This document shows, one piece after another, positions 9,645-19,610 of a stretch of DNA of 20,000 nucleotides. The position numbers and the translations under genes are program-made. The DNA comes from Atractiella rhizophila (lineage: Eukaryota), in NCBI GenBank assembly GCA_021432655.1, contig MU271233.1, forward strand, positions 110,547 through 130,546, in the 5' to 3' direction. How positions within the stretch are numbered: the stretch's first letter is position 1; each line of letters starts with the position of its first letter. A model generated the notes under the pieces. It worked only from the letters and a program-made list of their open reading frames with translations, ran no database searches and had not been told where the DNA came from.

Positions 9645-10907
9645 TTATGACCTTCCTTGAAGTGCGGTGGGAGAGATTCTGCATTTCTTGTGTCGTCTAG
9701 CGGAAGACTTCAGCAAATCTTCAGAGATGATAATGGAGCTTACTCGAAAGTATCTTTGCGGAAGAATTCCTGACCACACAGGTTGCAAACCGCGACCGGA
9801 TTGCCCTCATGTACGCGGTTGTGCCTCTTTCGGTCCGTTTCCTTCATACCAACCGTTCAGTCAATAGTAAAGTAAAGAGGAGAGACAACGTACCCTTCCG
9901 AACGTGACTGTGCAAACTTCGCCATTCTCGTCAACGTAGCCACAGGTAATGGACGAAGCTCTCGATCTCTCAGTATTCCTGTTAGTCTTCCTGATTCTCC
10001 TCTTCGGCTCTCCAGAATGAGTCGCTTGTGCATCGCTCAACCTTCTCCTCCCTAAAACCTGCGCTGGAGCCATCAGCGTCGACGTAGAGCTGGATTCAGC
10101 AGCACTAGTTGTAAGCGCACGAGAACGAGCTCCGCGTGGAGTAGGGAGCGGGTCGTAAGTCGGGCCATAGGTGGAAGTGACAGGAGCTTGAAAGGTGAAT
10201 GGTGTCGTCATGGAAGGGGCAGAAGACGAAGTGCGCGGCGGTGAAGACGTCGTCGGAGACATCATCAGGGGTTGGAATTGATGGGGGCGTTCTGGAGGCG
10301 GAGGTGACTTAAAATGATGCGGATGGTGAGGGTCTGAGTTATGGAGATGAACAGCTTCGAAGGGATCGATCCAATGCTGCTTCAAAGTGCCCTTCACTGT
10401 GCTCGACGAATTGGAAAGAGGGTAAGATGATCCCTGTGTCTCTTGTAAGTTTGGGTGAAGATAAGGGACCTGATCCCTTACCGAATCGCTCGAAGTCTTG
10501 TGCCTCAATCCCAAACCGCTGAAACCATTCTCTAGAGAACTGTACTCGCTGTGGAGTGTTTCTGTGCTCGCACTTGTGAAGATGGACGGAGTTGGTGAAA
10601 TGGAAGATGGGCTGTTGAGGCAATACATGGATGGATCCGTCGAGGCAAGTCTGGGTAGACCAGCAGGTAGAGGAGGGAGTGGAGATGGGGGCAACGGAGG
10701 CAAAGAAGAGGCGAAGGGGGGAAGTGTAGGTTGGCCTGTCAATGGCAGTCAACACAAGGACAAGGAAATCTGAATTGGTGACGTACTCTCTTGAACCCAC
10801 CCTCTTCCGAAACCTCCTTCAAGGGACCAAGATGTCTCCTCCTTCTTCCATCGCTGTTCCTGAGGGTAGACGTGACCGTCTAAACGATGTTGCTCCCAGC
10901 TGGCCAT
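9645..10907 (-). CDS. C2H2-type zinc-finger transcription factor, 370 aa: long Ser/Pro-rich region and two C-terminal fingers. Exons 10907-10787, 10735-9894, 9841-9744, 9696-9645
   Basis: Introns 10786-10736 (gtacgt..ttgac..cag), 9893-9842 (gtacgt..aag) and 9743-9697 (gtaagc..gctgaa..tag) give an open 1113-nt frame. Finger 1 is CGYVDENGEVCTVTFGRETDRKRHNRVH; finger 2 is CNLCGQEFFRKDTFERHKKC; a basic KRRIRK NLS-like motif precedes them. Confidence 0.88.
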
Positions 10908-11049
10908 ACTCTTTCTACTTCGATTCGAACTTCCAGGTGGCTAACGGCGACGACTTGACTCGATACTTCCCCTATGACTAGCCTATGGGTGACCGAGGTT
11001 GATGGAAGATGAAATGGAGGATGAGAAAGGGATGAGGGGGTTTTGAGGG

Positions 11050-11169
11050 CTAAGGAAGGAGGAGAAGAGTGGTGTGATGAATCAGGAACCGTCCAATTCG
11101 CGATTGCTCCAAGTTGCTGCCGCGCTCATGAAATGGAGCCCAAATCTGAAGGGACGGTGGCGTACTTAC
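11050..11169 (-). other. Probable 120-nt 5'UTR intron of the zinc-finger gene
   Basis: Perfect donor ca|GTAAGT at 11169, branch-like CCTGAT near 11086-11081, polypyrimidine tract and TAG acceptor at 11050. It lies between the TATA box and ATG 10907. Confidence 0.6.
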
Positions 11170-11249
11170 TGCACCGAAACGATTCACACGAACAAAAAAG
11201 GAGACCAGGGTCGGCAGACGAAGAGCGCGAGATCGACTGAAGGGACAGG

Positions 11250-11257
11250 TATTTATA
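11250..11257 (-). promoter_or_regulatory. Candidate TATA box (TATAAATA) for the zinc-finger gene
   Basis: Consensus TATA on the - strand about 80 nt upstream of the UTR intron donor, followed by pyrimidine-rich leader sequence. Confidence 0.5.
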
Positions 11258-13126
11258 CAAACGGAGTCGGAATTCGAGCAAGGGCGGCGGCGTGCGTGGG
11301 AAAAGGCAACGGTTTTCAAGACCATTCTAATAAATGCTCAAAGAAGAAAGTTGAGTTTCAACAACCTTTTCCAACGCATGAATCTCAGATTGCGTTCCAC
11401 ATCCCCGGATAATGTCTCCGCCTTCTGGTTGCTTTGATAGCCACTTTCGAAGGCCTTGTAGCCTGCAGTTTCACAAGATGATTCTACCGATGTGCTCTTG
11501 GCCAGATAGGCAATCACGATGAGGGAAGGAGAGGCCAAACAAGATCGAAGGAATCTCGACAGCCATCTCAACCAGCAGAACGCCCATCTACGCCCAAGGC
11601 AGGACCGAAGTTGAAGCTGAATGTCGGCTCCGATGAGGTTAAGACCGTGAGATTGGGTTAAAATGGCTAATTGCCTTTTTGTCTTTCAACTCGAAAAAGC
11701 TTCTATGGCGTTTTCAACGACAACGGCTTTCGTTCTTGAGAGATGTCACAGAAGGAAAGGACCATGACAGGTGTGGATGGCGAAGGGGATCAAGAAGAAA
11801 AGAGCCACAGAAGCAAGAGGCGTCGGAAGCCCGACGTTAGGAATGTTACAATCGGCATATCGGCCTGAATTAAATCCCAAACAGAGGGAGAGGATAAGAG
11901 GGTGACGCCCAAAAGACGGGATATTTGGAACAATCCCAGTTTTTTGGTCGAGCGCCGATGGACTTGCACGCATACCCTTGTGTGCGACCGTGTACATGCA
12001 TTTGTTTTCTCTCTTCCTTCTTGATGCGCAATGGTTCTGCCCACGGCGCTCTAAAAGTGGTAGAATTGTTAATAACTCCACTAAAGGTGCAGCACCGATA
12101 CTGGAAGCCTGGAAGCCTGAAGTCATAAAAGATCATTCGCCAATTATTGGCGAATCGGCGGCCTTCTTCGTTTGGGACAGAGTGTAAACAAAATATCCTT
12201 CCTGCACTCAACTTCAAGACTCAACTCAACCTTGTCCACCAAGCTTTTGCTCAAGGTCACGGCGCTGAGTTGGGGAGATCATGACTTAACAGCAAGATTG
12301 GCATCATGATAACCGGCGTTGTCCAATGAAAGGGATTGTGGGCATATCCTTAAAAATAAGGGGGCGGTAAAGGACAATCAGGTCACGATAGCTCCTTTGC
12401 TCGCTAGAAGAGGAGAACGAGACACAGGAGAACCTCACTCGTACTTCCCTGACCTCTTGATCGCACCTCTCTGGAAATGGACTGCCTAGGCTGCGCGGTT
12501 GCCGCCCAAATGGTCCTGCTTTCTGTGGGAATGACAGGCCGGGATGACGCGAGAATGAACATTGCTTTCGTCCACACAACACCATCTGCTACGGCGGCAA
12601 GTCATGTCCTCCACTGCCTCCCATGAGACAAGAAAGGGTGGGGGTTCAACGATTCACATGTCGGGCCTGCTCTCAACTAACTTTGATGGCGTTCATTCAA
12701 GAAAGCTCAAAGGTTGCCAAAGGGGCTGGGAAGAAAGAAAGGCGAGAGGGACAGATGGCCGAGGTGTTCTTATTTCCTGTATCGTTTATCGTTTATGCAT
12801 GTGGACCGATGATAAACGCCCAGAAGGAAAGCAAGAAAAGAAAGAAGCTTTGCTGCAAATTACCGAAGCTGAAGAAGAGGAAGCCGGAGGGACATGTTTG
12901 GAAGAGCACGAGTTGTACCTTTGAGCGCAACATCATGTGCAAACAGCTCATCGTTCCAACTCCGTCAGCTCTCATCTATCTAATCCCTGATTACGTCGGA
13001 AGGGTATAGAAAGCAATTAAACGTGTTCCCGCTCTTCATGTCGGTCCAGTCTTCCATGGTTGAACACCATTGTAAAGCAATCATATTGAGGAAGGGTTTC
13101 TTTATACGCTGCTCACAACAATCACG

Positions 13127-13164
13127 AGCGTAAATAAGAGAAGACAGCGTAAATAAGAGAAGAC
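13127..13164. repeat. Perfect 19-bp tandem duplication (AGCGTAAATAAGAGAAGAC x2) next to the gap
   Basis: Read directly: 13127-13145 equals 13146-13164. Confidence 0.95.
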
Positions 13165-13184
13165 CACACACAAGCAGAAAGTCG

Positions 13185-13277
13185 NNNNNNNNNNNNNNNN
13201 NNNNNNNNNNNNNNNNNNNNNNNNNNNNNNNNNNNNNNNNNNNNNNNNNNNNNNNNNNNNNNNNNNNNNNNNNNNNN
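13185..13277. other. Assembly gap (93 N)
   Basis: Run of n characters. Confidence 1.
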
Positions 13278-14101
13278 TTCTCATCCAACTCATTTTGATT
13301 GTCGTCAAATAATGCCAAAAATGAACTTATAACACCTCGCGAGTAATGAATCTCCCTCTCCCCGCGTTAGCCAGGATCACGACATGGTTGCCGTTGAATG
13401 TCGAAGCAGGTTGCATGAGGATTAGAGCCTCAAACCGGCTTGAAGTCACAAAGATTGAAAACCGATTGTCATATCAGATTCTTCCCTAACAAAGTCACGA
13501 CATTGCTGCCGATGGAGGCCGTGTGTAGGTTGCAGAAGGATGAAAGATCAACCCTATTCAGTCTGAAAGATGAAAAGGCATAAGGCGTTGATAGCGCTGG
13601 CAGACCGCAATGATGTGTATCCTCCTTCGTGCCTCTACCGTTGTTCTGTTCGAAGCAAATGGCAAAAAGCTTCATGATAGCGAACCTTTTTGACCCACAT
13701 CTAAATGCTTTGAGCAACAACAAGGGGCGAGGCAGAGGATGAACTGTAAAGTGTAGGGACAAGAAGAGTGCGGCGTCACCTGGGTCACCGTGACAGCAAG
13801 AGATGTTGAATTGAGCTTCCTCCCCATATGGTAGCGTGCTCATTCGTGCACAAAACGCAGAGTCAAAAACTCCAGCCATAATACATATGAATGCCCACAC
13901 ATGTGCAACCATAGACTTTCCACATTTTCTTCTGCCAACGGCCGACTCCCCACCATTTCCTAGCTAAAGAATAGACTACCAGCTCACCTTTCAAGGACCT
14001 GCACCTGATTCTCCTAGCTTAGCATATTAAGACGGAGGGACGGGAGTGTGAGACGAAACGACCTAGGAGCTGCGTTGGAGGCTAGAAAGCAAGAGAGGGC
14101 C

Positions 14102-14190
14102 GGGGCGAGGCGGAGCAACAAAGAGAGAAAATAACTGACGTCACGCGTCTGCGCTTCCTCGCGACTCCCTGCGCGCCCCTGCTTTGTTGC
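14102..14190. promoter_or_regulatory. Regulatory-looking module: overlapping CRE (TGACGTCA) and MCB (ACGCGT) flanked by inverted GCAACAAAG / CTTTGTTGC
   Basis: TGACGTCA 14136-14143; ACGCGT 14143-14148; 9-bp inverted repeat 14115-14123 / 14182-14190 containing the HMG-box core AACAAAG; GGGGCG 14102-14107 / CGCCCC 14174-14179. Confidence 0.45.
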
Positions 14191-14375
14191 AAACAGAAAT
14201 GGAATGTGGAATCTGGAGAATCAAGGATTGGTCCTTCTACGCTGCTGCACTGCTACATACTCACTCACGCAGCGCCGGTAACCATCGGCCGTGAAACTAA
14301 AACTTGGGAGCTTATAAGGGAAGGAGGTAGCTTCATTCTGGTTTTTCTGTCAGTTGGTACACTGGTTCACCGCGT

Positions 14376-15084
14376 ATGAGCTGCATAGCGAGATGAAGAA
14401 AGCTGATTGCGTTGAAGGAGGATATAGAAGACAATTTCGGAAAAACGGCGGCTGAGATTCCCTCAGTCTAGACCGGCATGTGATGACGAGACAAAACAGC
14501 CAGCGTTTCTCAAAAGGCAACCAGAGGAGTTGCCTCACCCGCCGTGTTCTAACTCGACTGAGGAGGGAAAGGCATATTAACGGCTCCTTGTCACTGCGTT
14601 AGTTTTTTTTAGCAAGATCGATTAATCTGAAAGAACGTACTGGCGATCAATCCACTCATGACAGTCAACATCATGTCTTTCGGGAAGAGGAGCCGTTCTC
14701 CACCTACTTCCACTATGTAGCACTTGTCCTTGTCATCCTGGCAAAAGGCATCGGACAGGATAACTGGAAGGATAGTGCAGGAAACTCACGATAATTCTCC
14801 AATGGAAAGTGTTGGGGGACGTTTCCATATTGTGCGTATGATTAGAGCAGTGGATAGAGTCAAGATGTGAGATTTCAGAGCCTTGGATATAGCTAGTGGA
14901 CATAATCGTCCTTTATATCTAGCCCATGTACGCTGACGGCTTGCAATATGCCGGCCTCCCCAAAGGCTGGGCTGCGTCAGCCGTCACCTCAGGCGCCGAA
15001 GGGTTTTCATGTCAAGTTGTTGTTGAAAGATCAGCTCGAGATGTGATTTCAGGCTTCTACGAAAAGATTCGACCGGGTTCTGAG
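14376..15084 (+). pseudogene. Possible decayed multi-exon gene or spliced ncRNA
   Basis: The frame MSCIAR*RKLIALKEDIEDNFGKTAAEIPQSRPACDDETKQPAFLKR...AY*RLLVTA splices in phase (gttagt..atgacag) into QHHVFREEEPFSTYFHYVALVLVILAKGIGQDNW...; later intron-like segments follow but the phase becomes ambiguous. Confidence 0.2.
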
Positions 15085-16950
15085 GTCAATGTAATTGTAC
15101 AGAAAACGTATAATTATACATGAGGAAGCTGCGATTATTCATCGTACTGTCCATGAGTTCAGCCTGCGGGCACGTCTAGCGTCTGGTTAGCTGCGAGTGA
15201 ATGAATGTGAATCACCCACAACTTCCAGGCCGTCGTTGAATATCAGTTTAATCACCCATTGCTCGTCCGTTAGACCGATTGCTCCTTTGTGACGTGTTCT
15301 CTCCAAAAACTGCGGCTGTGGGGCCCAACGAACGCTGGACGAGGAGAAGGTCGAGATTGAACGACGAGGTCGACACTTGGCGAAACAGATTACATTCGCA
15401 GGCACCCAGAGACCTCCCATTGGTCATCGTACAAGAACGGGAACAGTCCAACTCGGGATGCAGCATGGTTCGCTTACCGAGTTTTCCATTCAGGTGTTGA
15501 CTCTTGAAGCCGTATTTTTATTAATAATACGTAGCAGGTTCCAGGTAAGGACATAAGCATGAGAAAATAGCTTGTCTTGCTTGAGACTTCGAGTCAAAGC
15601 ACGAACATCGTCCCACTAGGTGAATGCAGCAGAGGAGGGTAAGGGAAGCGGGAGTTTGTAGCTTCAATGTCTTTCCTGGGAGTTATCGCCTCACGTGACC
15701 TTCATATGGTTATATGAATGCATTTCAACATTCAAGCGCAGACTAGAGGGAGGAACATCACTTGGCTAAGTTGTCTACCAATAATGCTACACTCCAACGG
15801 GACGGCCATTTAAACGCCTTAACCCATGGTTCAACGTGTGTCCGATAAACTGAAAGGACGTACGGGCCAGCATTATAGCAAGGACATTCAAAACCATTTC
15901 CTCAGGGAAAAAGTGTCGCTCACCATTTACTTCAATGATGTATCCGCCTTCAGTTTTTTCCTACAAAGAGGCATCAACCGAAGAATGAACGCGAAAGAAG
16001 AAAAGCGAGAGATCTACAGCCAATCGCCAGTAGGGAGCATTCAAAGATGATTCCATGCTGGTAGTCGCAATGCAATCGATAAGATGACAGGAGGGTTTCA
16101 GACTGTTGGAGTTGGGCGTGAGTGGCACTTGATGGGGGTGGCGCAGATCTGGAGGGGAGTGGCAGGCTTTTTCTACTCCCATGTTTGTCTCTGCGCCTCC
16201 ATCCCTCGAGTAACCAAACCTCCAAGCGGTTATTTATAACAACTGTGTTTGAATCGCACGACGTGGATGTTGACATCCAATCCCTTATTCATGCGGCCCT
16301 CCGCTATACCCAATCCGAGACAATTACCAAACGCCCTCCAATCTCAAACCAGGACAAAAAGTGACGAATGAAGTTACTCGATTAGGAACGAGGAGGACGA
16401 GAGGTGAGCAGGTGTCCAACCCGTCAAAGTCTGCCGGTTGATATATTGGCCGGAATGCGTTGCCCACCCCATTTGGGTGTCAACCCTCCGTTTTTTCGCT
16501 CACCACAGTGTTTGTTCCTGCATCCACGACGTCCCACGAACTACTGGCTCACAAATAATGTGAAACCATCCCATGAGATGTTTGTAAGAGGACAGCAACC
16601 ACACGAAGTGTCTCTCGCATCTTGGAGCACCCCTGCAATTGGGTCTACTCACAAACTCATCGATCATGGGGATAATGAAAGATCAAACCGACATCATGAA
16701 GGGCCGGGCGTCCCGTGTCGTCCCCCATCCGTCTTCCTCTCTCTATGAGCAGACTAGCCAACCCACCAAAACCCATTCTTCGCCAAAGAAGAATGCAACT
16801 CAGCGTTCTCGCAGATCTTCCTGCCTAACTTATGCTTCATCCTCCTACCCCAGCATAGAAATACGGAGAACTTGAAAGGACGCAGAAGGTAGAAGGGAGG
16901 AAGTTGGTGGATTCAAGGGGATTAGAAGAATTCTATGATGTCGACTGTCT

Positions 16951-17017
16951 ACGCGTGGCGACTTCCTGCGCCAGCCCATGTCATACACCGCGCCGCATTC
17001 TGGAGAGTTGCACGCGT
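16951..17017. promoter_or_regulatory. Two MCB boxes (ACGCGT) upstream of the AlkB gene
   Basis: ACGCGT at 16951-16956 and 17012-17017, that is 140 and 79 nt upstream of ATG 17091. Confidence 0.6.
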
Positions 17018-17090
17018 CCAATTTAAAACCGAACTCCACTTGCTCCCATCCCATATCCTCTCCTTCCCACTTCCCAGGGTCAAAGCCAAC

Positions 17091-18367
17091 ATGAAATCGA
17101 GCAAACGACCCCGCTCCCCTTCTCCACCTCCTCAACCTTCCTCGTCGGCGGCAGTTCTCCCACCAACTCATACGAGGAGCAGTGCTGCCGACGTGAGCTT
17201 TGATTCGCTTTCGCCTTACCGCCTCTCCCAGCTGCCTGACAGCGAATTCTACTATCTATCGTCCCTTCTTTCTCTCCCTTCCCCTCTTTCGATAACGTCG
17301 AACAAGACTGCCGTAGTCGCAGAAGACGAACGGACAAAACTAGAAAGATGGTACAAAGACCTCATGGACTCGTGTCCCTGTACTTATCTTCCTCCTTCCC
17401 TCATTTAAATTGTAAACCATCGCTGAGACTATCTTCCTTGGAATTGAAAGGGTACCACCCCACGCTGAAGCTGTACGGCAAACCCGTCCTTCAATCCCGC
17501 GCCATGGCCGTCTACTCCTTCCTCCCCTCTTCCTCCTCTCCCCAAGTGCGGTATTCGGGAATCGACGCCGTCGTGCACCCTTTCGAAGACGCTCCGGAAG
17601 CGTTGAGGGAGATCAAAGAGGTGGTAGAGCGTACTTGTGGGATGAAGTTCGAGCATGCGATGGTCCTGTCCTTCCTTCCTCTCGCTCCAAAGAACCGCTC
17701 TTGCTGATGAAATGAATGATTGGGAAAACAGGTCAATAGGTACGATGATGGCTCAGTCTACATAGGTCCACATCGCGATGTCGTCCCAAAGCTTCCAAAG
17801 ACTTCAAAATCCAAACGCAAATCAGAAAAAGCAGGAGTGACGACGAAGCGCCAAAAAGTGTCTGTGTCGAGCGTTGTTGAAAAGTCAGTCATAACCAAGG
17901 GAAAAGGTAGCGTTGGAGAGGATGAACGGGAGGAGGAAGGAAGGCTTGATGAGGCGGAGGACGGAGAGGAGGAGACGGAAAGGTTCACCGTCGTCTCTCT
18001 CTCCCTTGGTGCCGCCAGGACCTTCGTACTCAAACACCAGGCTCCCCCTTCGAGTGTCCCCGGATCCAAAGCGTCCAAACCAACGAAATCCAACAAAAAA
18101 TCTTCGAAATCCTCAACGTCGAAATCGAAACTGGACGCGTCCGAACCCTCCACTTCGCTAAAGGCTGAGAATGGGGAAGAAGCAGAGAAAGAAGGTGAAG
18201 AGAGAGGAGGGAAGATGTATTCTCACTCCTTCCCGCTTGAAGATGGTAGCTTGTTGATTATGCGTGGTGGGGAAACGCAAAAGTGGTGGAAACATGAGAT
18301 TCCGAGAGAGAAGGGGGTGATGCGTGGGAGGATCAGTGTTACGATGAGAGGGGGAGTGATGCCTTGA
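17091..18367 (+). CDS. AlkB-family 2-oxoglutarate/Fe(II) dioxygenase, ALKBH2/ALKBH3-like alkylated-DNA repair protein, 378 aa. Exons 17091-17379, 17451-17662, 17732-18367
   Basis: Introns 17380-17450 (gtactt..gctgag..aag) and 17663-17731 (gtcctg..gctgat..cag) join three track ORFs into an open 1137-nt frame. Motifs: WYHPTLKLYGKPVLQSR, RYSG, VNRYDDGSVYIGPHRD (NxY, HxD), VVSLSLGAARTF, LEDGSLLIM, TQKWWKHEIP (distal His), RISVTMR (RxxxxxR). Confidence 0.92.
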
Positions 18368-18659
18368 TATAAATATAACCGTGTGCCTTCTTGTTGCGTT
18401 TAAGCTGTACCTTTCGGAATGTCAAGTGTGGTATTCATTCTGTGCAAAGCCAACGCATCCTTCCATTTTACTTCTACCCTTTCTAATCCCTCAACTGAGA
18501 ACAAAATACAAATACCTTAATCCCTTTCTCATATCACCGTATGAGGCTCGTATGAAAGCACAATGACTTGAACGAAACTGAATGAAAACAGCCACGCCCC
18601 TTTGTCCTCTTCAGCTTTACAGTAGAATTACAATGATACCTGAGTTTGTTTAATTATTC

Positions 18660-19610
18660 TCACCTCGGTCGAGATTCTCAAAGGTTTACAGAGCCATACA
18701 GAGCGATAGAGAGTGCAATATACACATCTCCTCGAACAACTTGACATGCTGAATAAACTTAAATTCCGGCGTAGATGTAACGAGAGTAGTAACAACGAAT
18801 TTGACAATATAGATTGCTGATTTTCGCCGTAAAACCAGAGTGAGGGGTCTCGGAAGTCGGATAAGTTTCTTGAAGATTGGGAATGAAGTGTAGGACCAAC
18901 ATTCCAATGCTGTAGGAGGCTCTCAGATAACTAAGATGCGAGAACTCAGAAACGATACTCGATCAAGGGAGAGAAGGTCTCTGAGGTCCTCCCACCTGTG
19001 CCGTAGATCGCCAATGTAAGAGATGGAGGTAGGGCGAATGCAGAAAAACGAGTAGGGCACAGAAACGAGAGCCCGGGAGCCAATCGCTAGGACGTCTTCC
19101 GAACGATCTTTCAGGAGGGATGAAATGCCAAAGCCATGTTCCTCCTCGGGCCCAACGTCAATTTGGCTGTCGATGAAAACAAGTCTAAACAGTGTGGATC
19201 AGTGCTAGCAGTAAACGCTTGATTGCTACACTTTACAAAAACACCCTTCCCAACGTCTCATTCCGTCGGCACGAAGGGGAGAACAACGACATCAGGAAAC
19301 GAGAGTAGCGGCAGACCGAATCAATCGTTCATTTCGGAAGTGACGCAAGTGAAGCTGATCATGAGTGGGCGGGTGGCACCCATCGATGGCGTTGATTTAT
19401 TGAAAAGTCGGATCGATGGCTTCGGGTAGATGGGCGCGTCCAGACGGTATGTTCTGTTGCAATGTCAAGTGTTACTGGAGTGAAAAGGTTGGAGTGTTTC
19501 TTCCAAATCGCCGAATCTTACCTGAACGGCTATTTTTCAGCAGTCCATTCGATATTATTCTGTCTGATGATGTTTCGTGCACCCGCGTCCTGGAAGAATA
19601 GAAAAAGTTG
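18660..19610 (-). pseudogene. Possible decayed or fast-evolving multi-exon gene, convergent with AlkB
   Basis: Intron candidates 19521-19454 (gtaaga..ttgac..cag), 19244-19185 (gtgttt..actgat..tag) and 18958-18910 (gtatcg..ctgag..cag). The last two give an open MRRWEG|LVFIDSQIDVGPEEEHGFG...DLLSLDR|HWNVGPTLHSQ... frame, but the upstream exon has stops in every frame. Confidence 0.25.

Noticed and set aside
10921..10930. GTTCGAATC on the - strand resembling a tRNA T-loop / B box
   Set aside because: No cloverleaf pairing around it; it lies in the zinc-finger gene leader.
11819..12122. Small hairpin CGTCGG-AAGC-CCGACG (11821-11836) and CTGGAAGC tandem repeat (12101-12122)
   Set aside because: Short enough to be expected by chance in 20 kb, with no supporting context.
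12562..13009. Overlapping 120-128 aa ORFs with charged stretches
   Set aside because: Purine-rich low-complexity sequence, no consistent splice model, no transposase or other domain recognised.
6779..18367. gaaA, zinc-finger factor and AlkB as one functional cluster
   Set aside because: Their functions are unrelated, they are separated by long spacers and a gap, and nothing in the sequence links them.
2777..19610. RIP-like C-to-T mutation or stop-codon reassignment as the cause of the internal stops
   Set aside because: Every stop codon begins with T, so a C-to-T origin cannot be tested without a homologue. I saw no repeats or AT-rich tracts, and intact genes terminate normally.
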